From the human T2T-CHM13v2.0 reference genome, Homo sapiens, in NCBI RefSeq assembly GCF_009914755.1, contig NC_060929.1: a stretch of DNA of 64,000 nucleotides. One strand, 5' to 3'. The notes under the pieces were generated by a model. That model saw nothing but the letters and a program-made list of their open reading frames with translations, was not told the origin of the DNA and ran no database searches. The translations under genes and the position numbers were made by a program. Shown here in pieces: positions 33,865 to 49,400 of the stretch (the stretch's first letter is position 1; every line of letters begins with the position of its first letter).

Positions 33865-35870
33865 TAGGGATTTTCAAATCTTATTCAGTCTAGGCTACAA
33901 AGAAAATACATGTTGAGGATAAAAGCTGTAGATCACAACTTCAAACTGGTAAGAAATTTTATTTCTGACATACCCTGTATTTAGTATTTCAGATAATTAC
34001 CTATCTTCTATCACCAAAACAGAAATTATATGATGTTCATAACTTATCTATAGCAAATAGTATTCCTCTCCATCTATATTACAGGGATTTTGATTTCAAC
34101 ATGAGTAGCTTAAGAATATTGGGAGCAAAAAATGGAAAGATGTATGTAACTATTTTACAAATAGAAGTTGTCTTTCTCTGAAAATGTTTTTTCTCTCTAA
34201 TCTTTTAAAGTGCCACATATTATGCTTTTACTGGTACTTTAAGAAATGTGATCTTCAACTTTGAAAACTGTCTCAAAAATTAAAAATCTCTTTATTTAGA
34301 AAATGTTTCTCTCCTAAGACTATCCATATCTGTATGTATGATATTCATACCAAATTCCACATTCATTTTCTATACTTAAGCATTTTCCCAGAAAACTTCT
34401 ATCTAAATTTATATTCTAAAGGAATATAAATAAAAGAGTCTACCAAAAATTGCTGCATGTGGAAGACTGCTAATTTTCACAACAAGTGCTATCCTTCAAG
34501 ATTCCCACATGAGAACTGTCATTATAAATGAACCACTTCCATCTGCCTTTCCAGGGCAGCAGGGAGGTTATTTAGTCACCAGCTGGGAACATGTATTTCC
34601 CAAAGCAATATTGTGAACAAGAAAATACAGGTAAACTAGACAGTACTTAAACGACAAATGGAAATTTTCTTTGACAAAAAAATTTAATCTAGATTACATT
34701 AAGACAAACTTTTGCATGAAGAATTTACACAACATTAAAGCAATGGCAAAGTGCAAAAAAAATGTAAATACATGACAAAGAATTATTATCTATAATACAC
34801 AAGTTTTAGAATATCAATAAGGATGAATACTCCTAATAAATAAAGAACATGAATAGATAGTAACAACTGGCCTATAAAAATATGAAGTGTTCAAACTCAA
34901 TCATCAATGCAAAATAAAATGAAATATTATTTTCTCTTTACCAAACTGAAAAAGCTTTAAAAGGTGCTATTGTACTACAAAATTTTGGAAAAATAAAAAA
35001 ACTAATGTCTAGAAAACAAGGGATTAACTGGCTAAATTATAATATAGCCACCCAATGTAAGATTATAAAGCAATGAAAAGTACTATAAAAGAATACCAAC
35101 TATCATAAGAAAATGGTCATGAGATCTTAGGTGAAAAGCAGTTTATCAAAATATATAAATAAATGACTAAAACCCAGAAAAACCCAAACAAATGAAAAGT
35201 CATATCTAAAAGCCTGAAAAAGATCTGCCACATAATAAATGCTTAAATAACTACATTAATGGAATATGTAGAAAATGTATTTTAAAAAGATATTCACCAG
35301 ATTAATACTTTATGTGTCTAAATTATGGTAAATCACTTGTTTTCCACCAAATTGAATGTGCATTACTTTTAATAATCAGTGAAAAAGAGAATATACTGAA
35401 AAAATTTTATTTTCAGTAAACTTAGTTTAAAACTGGAGACAACCCCTACCCAAATGATAAGTTAGTGTACTAAGAATGGAACAAGGTGAGTATTTACATG
35501 TTCATGTAAATGTCTTCAACTAACTAGCGATTACTGGGTACAAAGCAGCAGGTTCAAATGTAAATGTAATACACATTTCGGATTTGATATACCTTAATCC
35601 TTTTAAATGTTTCTTTTTAACTTAAAAACATTCAAAATATATTGCAAGTCATTTAAGTTCTATCTGTATTGATTATGCTGAATTTTCTCAACCTTATTTA
35701 TTGTACTAGAAATATCTAGTTTAACAGTATGTTAATCAAGACCTAAATTTCTTAATTACAAAGGGACAAAAGAGACAAGTTGGACTTCTTTTTAAAGAGG
35801 TGAGATAAACTAAAAAAAGAAATGGGACAGTTTTTGGCATTCTATTTCTAATTGGCTTATTTTCTAAATA

Positions 35871-36162
35871 TAGTCACACATTTCTCAATGACAGAATGCA
35901 TTGGGGCATTAGGCAATTTTGTCATTGTGCAAACATCATAGAGGGTACTTACACAAACCTAGTTAGCCTACTACATACCTAGGCTATAAGGTATAGCCTA
36001 TTACTCCTTGACTTCAAATCTGTACATCATGTCACTATACTGGATACTGTAGGCAACTGTAACACAATAGAAAGTGTTTGTATATCTAAACATAAGAAAG
36101 GTACGGTAGAAATATAGTATTGTATATGGGACCATGGTCACATACTATGCAGTCCATGACTG
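35871..36162 (+). mobile_element. Tigger3a-like DNA transposon
   Basis: aaacatcatagagggtacttacacaaacctag...catgactg-ta. Confidence 0.85.
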
Positions 36163-37399
36163 TACTTTAAATTATTTTTCATTTCTTAAAATGTTTACTT
36201 AGAAATGTACTTTATGTAAAAGCAACTGAAACACCATGTGAGTACAGGTTTTAAAAGAATATCACCACAAGGGGACATTTTATTAAGATATGAGATAGTC
36301 TCAAGTAAATCCTGATAGTTAGGTTTTACATATATATTTTTAAACTTGGTAAGATATTCTACAATGATTTTACCATATATACTTTTGAGAATGCTAAGAA
36401 CATGTAATCACACACACACAAAAATCTGAACATTTTCTCAGAGGATATATTTAGCTGGTGAGTGGTACAGATGCCATATCTGCTTAGCTTTACAGTTTGT
36501 GCCCACATTACTTGCATGATGGTACTATTATAAATATGGGCACATCTGGTAAATGACACCCAAATGACATACCAAATAGCAATGTTAATATGGTAGATTC
36601 TTATACCTTCTCGTGTAAGTGCTAAAGATTTAATGCCCAATTTCCTTTCACTGCTGAATTCAATTTAAAATATATTATTAAAATATTTAAATAGAGATTG
36701 GGAGTAACTAAATTTATGTACTGATTGAAGAGGGAGCTGCACAAACTGGTTAAACATACGGTTTCAAATAGGAGATAACTTTAATTTTAAAAAATTCTTC
36801 TAATATCAATCTCTATTAGTTGCTTTTTATTAAGATAAAATAAAATTTAAGGCAAGAAACCTCCTAGATTTCATTCAAACTTTCTCAGTTACTATATTAA
36901 TATCAATTGCTACTTCTATTTAATTAGTCAAACTACTGTTTGCACTGGAGAAGACAAACCACTCAAAGGTTCCTTGCCAAGTAAAGGAAGCATGTTGGTA
37001 TTTAATAAATCTCTCTGTTCAAAGCAATCTTGATGTCACAGAGGAAAAGTTACATCCACCCATCTGACCTTCCTAGTTAATTCTTCTCTGATTGCTCCAT
37101 TAAAACTTTTCACAGATGCATGAAAGGGGCCCTTTAAATATTTCATGCCAGGAAGTCCAAAATAGTTGATATTCTGTGACACTATATCTGTATTATATGA
37201 CTACATGCTAACTACCAGTTAATTCTACAGTTCAAATCTTAAACATATAAAAATATATCACATAAATTGTTACACAACTAATGTAGCTGTCCGTAACCTT
37301 GGGCATTACAGTCCAATCAAGTTTAATGAATAATTTTAGGAACAGTTTGCAGTTACAGAAAAACGGGAAAGGGAATTGAAGAATTTCAGAAAGTAGGCT

Positions 37400-37929
37400 G
37401 GCCAGGCATGGTGGCTCACGCCTGTAATCCCAGCACTTTGGGAGGCCAAAACAGGTGGATCACCTGAGGTCAGGAGTTTGAGACCAAGCTGGCCAACATG
37501 GAGAAACCCTGTCTCTACTAAAAATACAAAAATCAGCCGGGCGTGGTGGCGCATGCCTGAAATTCCAGCTACTCAGGAGACTGAGGCAGGAGAATCGCTT
37601 GAACCCGGGAGGCAGAGGTTGCAGTGAGTCAAGACTGTGTACTGCACTCCAGCCTGGGCAACAAGGGCGAAACTCTGTCTCAAAAAAAAAAATAGAGAAA
37701 GAAAGTAGGTCAAACCAGATGTCTGGGCTGGGTGCAGTGGCTCACACCTGTAATCCCAGCACTTCGGGAGGCTGAGGCAGGCAGATCACCTGAGGTCAGG
37801 AGTTCGAGACCAGCCTGGCCAACACAGTGAAACTCCGTCTCTACTAAATATACAAAAATTAGCCAGGCATGGTGGCAGGTGACTGTAATCCCAGCTACTC
37901 GAGAAGCTTAGGCAAGAGAATTGCTTGAA
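37400..37929 (+). mobile_element. AluS 37400-37692 and 3'-truncated AluS 37726-37929
   Basis: Alu consensus; the second copy stops abruptly at ttgcttgaa. Confidence 0.9.
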
Positions 37930-38073
37930 TAAAGTTCATGCCTAATCCAAGAATTTTAACATAGTAGGTAAGGAGGAGGAAATAATAGGGGGCTTTATAT
38001 TACATTAATTATACTAAACTATCAGTGAAAAGTAATTTCCAGCATAGACTTACACTTAAAGGTTAAGTTAAAG

Positions 38074-39102
<1,029 letters not shown>

Positions 39103-39824
39103 TAGATAACTATTTGTGACTCTGATTAATGATTATTTTCTCCACTTGACCTTCGCATGAGGACAACAACTCTGTTTTTTACAAGCACCCAGATCAGTGT
39201 CTGGTTCAACAAATATTTGTTCAATTAAAAGAATAAAAAGTTAAATGATCTCTAGGCATGCCCAAGGTGACAGCTGCAATTAAAATTTAGGGAAAGACAG
39301 TAAAATGCGCAGAGCAGTACCTTTTGCTTATAAAGAAAGTAAAGGCAACAGTTTAAATGCAATTTTTTGTTTCTCCAAGTTAATCTTAAAAATTAAAAAT
39401 GGAAACTATAGATTCCAAAATCTATGATGAAAAATTTCAGAAAGTACATGATGCCTTGAAATACTATTTATTATTAATTAGGGAAGACACAGTACATCAG
39501 GTATGAGGAGTCATTAAAATCTAAGTATGATAATGATTTGAGGATACTATTATTAACCACCAATAAGTACTGACCACAAACAAAGTTTTGCTAGTCTGAG
39601 GGTGGGTCAGAAAAAGGTATAAAATAGGGATAGAGAAATGGGTGTACATATAAAAAGATAAGCAAAAATAACACAATGATTCCAAATAATGCTCAAGACT
39701 CACTAATTTCATATAAAAAATGAACCCAATGCAAATAAGTAATCTTATTTTTCAATCTATCTTTTATTTGGCATTTTAAAAAATGACTCTCAAACCAAAA
39801 GAAAAGGCCAATGTAGAAGCTTAC

Positions 39825-39894
39825 CTGTTGACTGGCTGGTGCCATCAAACAGATCAACAAGGTCACCAGATGACTTGCTGCTAGGCACTGAAGT
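39825..39894 (-). CDS. CLINT1: CLINT1 exon 8: TSVPSSKSSGDLVDLFDGTSQST(G), clathrin/adaptor-binding region
   Basis: tttcag|ACT and G|gtaagc; 70 nt. Confidence 0.95.
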
Positions 39895-40818
39895 CTGAAA
39901 ACACACACATAACTCAGGAGCTTCGAAAAGTTTGTTTTTCTAAAAATCAGCTCTATCCATCTCTAATTCTCAATTTAGACATAAATACCTGTAATTAGCT
40001 TAATAAGGGTAGGGTTTTCTGGAAAAAGAGTACTGACCTTGAATCCTTATGGAGAGGCAGCAAGCACTTTTAAGTACCTCCATTCCCAGCAGTGTAAAAG
40101 TCTCTTAACATTGACACTTTTTTTCCTACCTCACTTTTCTGACTGCATTTCACTCTGGAAAATATTAACTGCCAGATCCCACTTGAATCTTAATGCTAAG
40201 TATCAGTTCATTAAAAAAAAAAAAAAAAAAAAATACCCTAGCATATGTACCAGTCCCATACAATACACTGAGTCATAATTGCCCAGGTATAAAAAGGCCA
40301 AGACCTTGGCCTGTTAAAGTCTTACAAGAAAGCTCCCTAGATAATTCCAAGGCTTGAGATCCACTGGATTAGAGGTCAAGATCCTAAACAGCTCTAAATT
40401 TCTATGAACCTTAGCAAAACTTATTGTTTGTATATCACACAAGTTAGTATAATTCTATGTTATTTGATATATTGATATGTTTCATATTTAGTTCCCCAAC
40501 TAAACTGAGGCCTATACCTGTAATACTATTTTTATCTTCTCCACAAAGCTAAGCACCCTGATACCTAAATACCTATGTCCTATATGTTAGATATATACAT
40601 GCTAAATTAGAACTCAATTATTAGGCAATGGGGAAACCCTAAGATCCTAGGCATGTTGATTTGAACTTTGAAAACTAAAATACTATATACTGTGATTCCA
40701 AAACACCTTTAAGAACAGATCCAAATGAGTTGGGTAACTTTCTAAGAACTTCAACCTTCTAGACATTTTTTTTGAGGGGAGGAGGGTAAATGAAAACAAA
40801 AAAGAAAAAGCTTGTACT

Positions 40819-41136
<318 letters not shown>

Positions 41137-42040
41137 CTACAAATATAAAATATTTATTGCAGAGTGTCATATATTCAGGCTATACTACAAACTGTTATTT
41201 AAAATCCTTTAAGATATGTGATAAAAGTCTCTATTATTAAAAAAATTATACAGATATTTGGCAAAAGCTGACATGGTATTTGTTATTGCAACTAAGCAGG
41301 CCTGGTTTTATTTTCAGAGTCACCTACAATCTGCTGCATACATTAGAAAACTGTTTTTCCCAGCTTTTAGCTATTTCTCTTGCAAAGACACAAACTGGGG
41401 AAACAGTAGTCGGGGAAAGTGACAAAAACAATAATTTAGTCTTTTGAGGCAAATCTCCCTATTTGGCAGATTTCTGTTGAAAAGACTAGGGTTTGGCCAG
41501 GTACCTAGCAGGTGGATTTCATCTCTATGGTAAATAAAAACAAACGAAGATGGTACAAGAGGCAGTGCTTCTTTTGATACTGATCAGTAATGACTGTGAG
41601 GCAAACACGCCTCCCTTTATAGGCAACGTTTCTACATTACATGAGATAACTTGCCCCTATATATCTCTTCTTACTCCCTCGTTTGTCATTTCTTAAAACT
41701 TTCAAATACTTCCAATGTTTTCTTTAGTGAATCTACTTGTGGTTGGTAACCAGTATTGTCTAGATGGGGACAGAGGCACTACATTCTGATTCACAACCTT
41801 CCCCAAACAAACCAAAAGTGTCATTTCTACTTTCATAGAAAGTACCCAATCATTCAGCAATTGGACAGGTTTCTCCCCTCAAAGAGATTTCTTATTATTA
41901 ATGTCTCTTGGTAATACATGCCAGATGATCCATAATTAATATGATTGCCTAGAAATGCCCAAGCCTACTAATGCAGGAATTCGAAGAGCGGTTTATAAAA
42001 ATAAAACCATGTATAATGTGTAAACTACTGCCATTCCCAC

Positions 42041-42287
42041 CTTAACTGAAGACTGAGGTGTGTGGGTTGAAGCATTCTGATCTGGACTTGCTTTGTCCCC
42101 TGTGTAATGTGCTGCTGCTCCAAGATCAATGGTTTTGGAAGGATTTGCTGTGCGCTTGTGTCTGGTTGTGGTGGTCTCTGTGGCCTGTGTGATATGAATA
42201 TGCTTTGTCGTCACAGTCTCCTCTTCATCTTTGAATTCACCTTTGGGAGATCTGCCTCTTCTCGCTTTCTTTTCCTCATCGCTGTCG
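42041..42287 (-). CDS. CLINT1: CLINT1 exon 7: (S)DSDEEKKARRGRSPKGEF...TIDLGAAAHY...PQSSVK
   Basis: ttttag|C and AAG|gtggga; 247 nt; overlaps ORF 41993..42214. Confidence 0.96.
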
Positions 42288-43138
42288 CTAAAAGATATTA
42301 AAAATGAAGCAAAATAATAAGACGGGATTATTTTAAAATGGGTCCCTCAGTGATTTGAGCTAAAGAATTTCAAATACAGTAACTCCAAAATTTCATACTT
42401 TGACTACTTGACAGGGATCAACAGAATGTTATCTAAGCTGTCTGAATAATGATATATGTGCGCTGGGGAGGGGAAGTGGAAACACAGAGAATATCCTATA
42501 TAAGTCTAAAATACTGCTACAAAAAAGTATTTACATAAATGTGTATAAATAAAAAATGTCAAAATAACTCGTTTTTATTACAGATTTAAGCTTAACTTAA
42601 AAATAAAATAGGATTTGATATCAGAATCCATGATAAGACCCTGAGAGTTCAAACACTTGCATGTGATGATTATTTTCTTGACATGGACTGTGTGCAAATT
42701 ACTATAGTTCCACTTTTACAACACAATTCTGCATCAACTCTCAAAGACTAATGTGTGTACATAATAAAATAATAAAAGTTCAATGGATGCTAAAAAAATC
42801 ACACATCTTAATTCGAATAATTAAACTCATCTGTAAATGCATGAAAATATAAGGGAATGCACTTTACAACTGTGCTATTTTACTATAGTATCAGGAGATC
42901 AAACTTTTATATAACTATAGAAAATGCTTTCTAGAAAACAACTGTATTTAAAATATTTTAAAGATAATTCTCCTTCAGCCACATTCAACAATTTTTTCTT
43001 TCCTTTTTCTTTAATAGTGAAAAAGATTTTAAAAACTAAACAGTAAAAGCCTGGGTTTTTCATATGCTAGGAATGAAAATATCAGCCCTAGTCTGTTCTC
43101 TAGTAACAAGTCATTGGGTTTTTTTCTGATGTAAGTAG

Positions 43139-43184
43139 GAGAGAGAGAGAGAGAGAGAGAGAGCGAAAGAGAGAGAAAGAGAGA
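43139..43184. repeat. (GA)n microsatellite
   Basis: gagagagaga run. Confidence 0.95.
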
Positions 43185-45270
43185 AATGTTACTTGAAACA
43201 TGTTCCATTACCTGTATTACTTAATTTTAGAGTAGGTGGTTTAATTTATAAATATTCTGGAATATAATGTTTAAAATTCTCCTTTAAACTGCTGATGCAA
43301 TTTACCTCAGACTGAACTATAGCAACTTGTACTTAAATATAAACCAATCTGGAACTTGTATAAATCAAAGATCAAAAAGAATGACTTCCCACACAGAGCA
43401 AAGGGGTTAAATATATTTTTATATATAAACATTTTAAGGAACCTACAAGTTCTGATACGCATTCAAAAGCCCTTACTAACTTCTCAACAACAAATGACCT
43501 GAAGATTCCCATTAGTCCTACAAGTAAAACTGAAATTTCTTACTTTTTTGGTGTCCAATTTTATTTCAGCGCAAAATAATTTATTCACAAGTTGAAAATA
43601 TAAATCTGACTAGCACACGATGAAATGGAAGCTCCATATCTGATCAATGTTCAAGAATTCCTGAATGTAATAGTGAACTAATAAGTATGAAATTCAGGTA
43701 ACATGCCATCAGGATTGAGGTCATATGCAACTCTGTCAAAAAATCTACTCTTCTCTCACAAATACTTTAAGATAAAAAGTTCCTGGTGTGCCCTATCATT
43801 ATCACGATAAATCATGTTCACTGCATTTTCACTCTTTTAAACCTAAATACTCCTTAAAGATTTAGAAACTCTAGGAGATCCTGTCTTAGAGGCAACATAA
43901 AAAATAAAAATCATGGGAGAAACAGAAATAAAAGAAGAGTAGAGAGACAAAGAAAAGAAAAACTAAGGATAGAAGGGCAAAGGAGAGAAAGTAACAATAC
44001 AGAACACACACAGATATCTAACCAGCCTACATAGCGTTATTGTTTATAAGTAAAACCTAAGACCCAACCAGACTGTGTGGATCTGCCTAAAGTAACACAG
44101 TTAGTGGTGGAACTGAGCCTGCCCTGAAATGTCTCTTTTTCAAGACTGTTTGAAAAACTGGAATGTGATCTTTGAAGAGCTAGAACTTATTTTTAGCACT
44201 TTGAATAAATCTATTTTACAAGTATATATCTAGCTTTTTTATACTGAAAAAGGATGCATATGATAATTATAAATACTAAACATTGGGAGGGAAATGGTGC
44301 CCACTTCAAATATACAGAGCTGTTTCCCTCATTAATGTTTTTGTGGCCTGTGTAAGTTTTGGCTTGGTTTGGAAAACATTATTGAAATTATGGCCATTAT
44401 TCTGTTGGTATTTCCTGAACAGGCATTCCAGGGATTTAAAAGATATGAAAACATCCTAAAAATACACTAATTAGATTGTATTTTTGTTTGGACCTCTTTT
44501 TAATGATCCCTAATTCTGAACTATTAGGATTTTTGGCGCAGGGTAAAGAAAAAGAGATGGCATTTAGTTACGAGAACTCACTTGAAGGCTTGGTTCCATC
44601 ACTAACTGTGTTATTTAGGCAAGTCCACACAGTGTGACTGGGTTTTAGGTTTTACTTATAAACAACAAAGACAAAATTCTTATTCTACTCTAGTAGAGAT
44701 ATTGTGAGGCACAAATGATAAAGGTCAAATTTAAAAAGTAAAATTTGCTCTGTAAATTAAGTGCTATATGCATTACCCTTTACATTCTCAGAAAAATTGG
44801 TTTATAATAATATTGGTAAGTAAGAACAAAAGTGACTGCTGCAAAGCTCAAAGTATTGTTCCATGTAAAACTAAATACCATCAGAAAATGTAGTTTATAA
44901 AAATACAGCTCTATTCTCAAAAACTGGTTCAAAATCCATTTGGATTGTTTTTCTGGTACACACTGGCACAGAATCATAATGAAATGTCAAGGAAGCATTA
45001 AATTTCAAATCCTTTGACTTATGTTTAATTAAACTTAATATATAAACTTCATTATCCCTCAGTATCTTAGGTCCCTGGATCATCTAAGGTCCAAATGCAA
45101 AATAATCTATACAAGTTTTTACTGGGGAAAAAAATCCAAGGAAAGACTACTAGCTTGAATAAAAATACACAGGATCAACTTCAAAAATAAGTAGACAGAG
45201 GCAACATGGAAAGTATGTCAATACTAATTGCAAGTAGTGTATAACCTAGTATCTTAAAAATAGTTGCACA

Positions 45271-45377
45271 GTGCTTGCTTCAGCAGCATATGTACTAAAA
45301 CCAGAACAATACAGGGAAGATTAGCATGCCCCCTGTGCAAGGATAACTTGCACATTTAAGACTTGTTCCACATTTCT
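45271..45377 (+). pseudogene. Full-length diverged U6 snRNA pseudogene
   Basis: gtgcttgcttcagcagcatatgtactaaaa...gaagattagcatgccccctg...gttccacatttct is colinear with U6; ACAGAGA box mutated to ACAGGGA; CpGs decayed. Confidence 0.95.
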
Positions 45378-45685
45378 GCACAGGGCATATTTATGGCAGT
45401 GAAACTATTCTATACAATACAGTAATGAGGAATATTATGCATTTGTCGAAACCCATAGAAGTGTACAATATAGGAAACCCCAACGTAAACTACAGACTTT
45501 AGTTAATAAGTGTATCCATACTGGCTTTTCAATTGTTAACAAATGCACCATAGTAATGCAAGATGTTCACAGAACCTGTTATGAAGGGGAAGTGGGTATA
45601 TGACAACTCTGTACTTTATGCACAATTTTTCTGTGAGCTTAAATTGCTCTAAAAACAAATGAAGTCTATTAAAAAAAAAAAAAAA
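45378..45685 (+). mobile_element. L1MC-type 3' end with poly(A), fused directly to the U6 copy
   Basis: ggcagtgaaactattct...aaacccataga...aacaaatgcacca...ttgctctaaaaa...gtctatt(A)15 matches the recalled L1MC 3' consensus. Confidence 0.8.
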
Positions 45686-45800
45686 GGCCCAATTTCAGAT
45701 AATGTTAATACCCCAAACAAAACCAACAAAAAACCAAAAACCCAGTGGCATAAATTTAGGGCTCTTTCTAAGAGACCCGGGAGACAAAGTGGTAAAATAC

Positions 45801-45978
45801 CTGCATCTTTCTGGAGAGTCTTCTCTATCTTTCCTCCGGAACTTGCTGATGGTGTCATCAATTGTGCTTCCAATTTTATCACTCAGCTCACCTAATTTAT
45901 CACTGAATGGAAAAGCACTCTTGTTTTTATCCCACTCCTCATCCCATTTTGATTTGGGCTCAGGATCATATCTTTCAC
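45801..45978 (-). CDS. CLINT1: CLINT1 exon 6: (S)ERYDPEPKSKWDEEWDK...REDSPERC(S)
   Basis: ctag|GT and AG|gtattt; 178 nt; lies inside ORF 45695..46027. Confidence 0.96.
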
Positions 45979-47359
45979 CTAGATAGAGCATTAAAAAAAG
46001 AAGCAATTCTAACGACATTAAATTCAAAAGGTATCTACAAGTCCTTATTTCTCAGGCTTTTCCTCATAATAAAATCATTTTCAAAGGAAAACAGAAAGCT
46101 CCCACAGTGCTGAATCAACACAATTACAGCAAGGCATAGCATGTAATGCCAGTCATTAAGTGGCAGGAATGCAGATTCAAAAGCTTTTGTTTATGAATAC
46201 TTACACAACCTTAATGCACAGCACAGCATATCAGGAAATTCTTAAAGGCTACTGAAAGGAGTAGTGGAAAACACAAAACCAACACAAGCTATATAAGCAA
46301 AAGAGAAATGAAAATCTTTCTGTTTTCACAAAAGACACTTAATATGTTATATTTTATTCCTGTCCCTTAATGGTTTCCCAATTTTCAGAAAAGCATTGGA
46401 TAGCAACAGTATCTTAAAAAATACAACTGAAGGAACTCCAATCTGAATGCTACATGTCCCAATAAGCTAAAAAGTCTCAATAACTGTCACGCCTCAGTAT
46501 CAAACTAAAAAAATAATTCAATGAATTTTCAGGGGATGGGAAAGCATTCCGTAATTACTGTACAAAGAAAGGATTACTCTAACTACCAAAAACTACACAT
46601 ACTAGAATCAGGAAGTATGCTCAAACAGTAGTTCAGAACAGTGTCAACCAATTCAAACACCCATTCCAAACATATGCTGAGACTGGCGAAACCTAGAGCC
46701 TCTGTGTGAATTTGGGAATGCAGAGAATAGATCGTGGCAGTAAACAAAAAACCCAAAATGTCAAGATTTGTTTTAGTCCTTGCCCCTAGGGACCCAAAGG
46801 AGACATAGGAATTACAGACACAAAATGAAACCCTTCCATTTCCATGTCCAAATCCAACTTAAGAAGCAACAGTAGAAGGTACAGAGAGCACGTGAGGTAT
46901 TTTTAAAAAAGAAAACATTAAAAATTAAGGCAGGTTGGAAGAAAATGAAAAGGACAATGAGAAACAACAAAATAACTAAAAAGTGGCTAATGGAGCTTTT
47001 GTTTTGAACTTTTGTTTACAGGATCTAAAAGGATACATAGCCTTTGGAGATTGAACAAAACGATTTTGCTGAATTGCCTCCTAAAATTGCAAGGCTAAAA
47101 TTTTCTGTTACATGTTTAAGGATTTTAACATATTTACTGAATCTGGAAATGACCATCAACTTAAAGAAAACATGACAAAATGAAGTTTTCTAGACAAAAT
47201 TTAAACCAGGATGGTTTTTTTAAAAAAAGTGATTTTCCAACAATGTGTATGTACATTTCAACAACAGTGTGATGAACCAGACTTCGGAAAGAAACAAATT
47301 TACACGAAAAATGGAAGTGGATGAAAACCAAACTGATTAGCATGGCATGGTGAACATCA

Positions 47360-47755
<396 letters not shown>

Positions 47756-48156
47756 TTAGTTAAGTCTGAATAACATAAACCATGAACAATAACTTAGCAA
47801 AAGGATGTGATGCAAACACACAGGATATCCAACTCTATCTTTAATACAGATGCTGCAGTTAGTGCATTGTGACTGAGTTTGAAAACGTATTCAATTTTCT
47901 AAGTTTAGCTGATATAATTATATATCATGCTGGCAAAAAGAAAGATACAAGCAAGAATAGTGTGGAAATAAGTTTCAAATAGCAATTTCTATTAAAAACA
48001 CATTAAGTTGCTACAACTACTTTGAAAAACCTGAAGAATAAAGTTACTACTTGGGTAAATAATCCAAAAACTTTGGACTTCCCCAAATAGAAACTTCAAA
48101 ACATTATTTATATGCTTTAGGAGAAATATTTTTGCCCAATTCAAAAACTAACTTGT

Positions 48157-48212
48157 GGCCGACTCTGGTTGCACTGCCTATGAGTTAGCCCTATTTAAAA
48201 AAAAGAAAAAGA
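48157..48212 (+). mobile_element. Micro-retroposed insert, 36-nt body plus A-rich tail
   Basis: Perfect 14-bp TSD aaaaactaacttgt at 48143-48156 and 48213-48226. Confidence 0.85.
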
Positions 48213-49235
48213 AAAAACTAACTTGTATTTGATGCTTCAATATAAAAAAGGGAATTTTTCTGCTGTTAGAAACATCCTTAAACAGCTAACTAAACGCAGT
48301 GTTTTTTCTTTGAGAGTGGGAAAGCAGAGGAATAAATGAGTAAGGATATTTTATATGTTAAGATTTTTACATGGTTCCATTGAAGGAGATATGAGAGCTC
48401 AATATAATCCAAATATAAACATATATGGGTGGGGGGAGCTGGAGAGCCTCAGTGAACAGCTGCTAAGATACACAGCACTGGCCAGTCTGCACATACACAA
48501 AATGAGCAAGAGATTGTCAGAGCTCACAGAAGACAGAACAAGTCCAAAGGGACATGCCGTGAAAGACAGTTCCTATTTTGTGTATCTGCTTCAAGCACCT
48601 ATGCCCTATTTTAGAGAAACTATATTATTATATTAAAAATAAACATGAAAGATGAATGTTCTAGCTGCTCTTAAGTGTACTGGGAAGAATAAACAAAACA
48701 ATAGGCCTAGATGAAAAACTGCGAGTATCGTCAGTCATCTTTTATATGTCAAAGTATGCAATGCTTAAATAAAGAAAGAGAGACTGAGGCTGGAATGACT
48801 GTCAGGAAGCTTATCTGGTTTGGGCCAAAAATACAGCTAAATTGGTTTCAAATTAGAAAGATGGATCTCCTGATCAAACTTTTTATTTTTATACTCTAAA
48901 CTCTGAGTTATAGAAACTTTCTTCCCCCTTCTTTTTAAAATGGCAATCCTAAGAGGGAAGGGCATATATCTGTTTTAATCTCTGTATGACACCTCAAAAT
49001 ATGCAGTCATTTAATTAGCCATTAATGGTTAAAATCCTATTGCCGAACCCACAAGTTAAAAATAGGAAGATTCATGTGATAGTAGAAGTCAAGATTAGTA
49101 CTGCGTGTATTTTAGTATTCTATGTATTCCTAGAAAAGAAAATTAGCATTTTGGTCTTTGGTATTTCACTGATTCTTAAAATATACTCAAGAAGCTAAGC
49201 TGATGCTTAGGTGTCAGCTTGTCTTTGATACTCAC

Positions 49236-49400
49236 TGTATCTGAATCCTCCAACACTGTCTGAGGAAACCCCAACATACTTGTCTTTGTTCTTCTTTGCT
49301 TTCTTTCGCTCTTCACGAAGCCTGTCGTCATCCTGGGCAAATTCAACCAATTCCTTCACCTTCTGTCGAATATTTATACCTTGATCCTTACCATGCTCAT
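49236..49400 (-). CDS. CLINT1: CLINT1 exon 5, ENTH end: (D)EHGKDQGINIRQKVKELVEFAQDDDRLREERKKAKKNKDKYVGVSSDSVGGFRY(S)
   Basis: catag|AT and A|gtgagt; 165 nt; GKDQGINIR epsin motif. Confidence 0.97.

Noticed and set aside
45271-45377. Functional U6 gene
   Set aside because: ACAGAGA box and terminal T-run are mutated, there are many substitutions, no PSE is evident, and it is fused to L1
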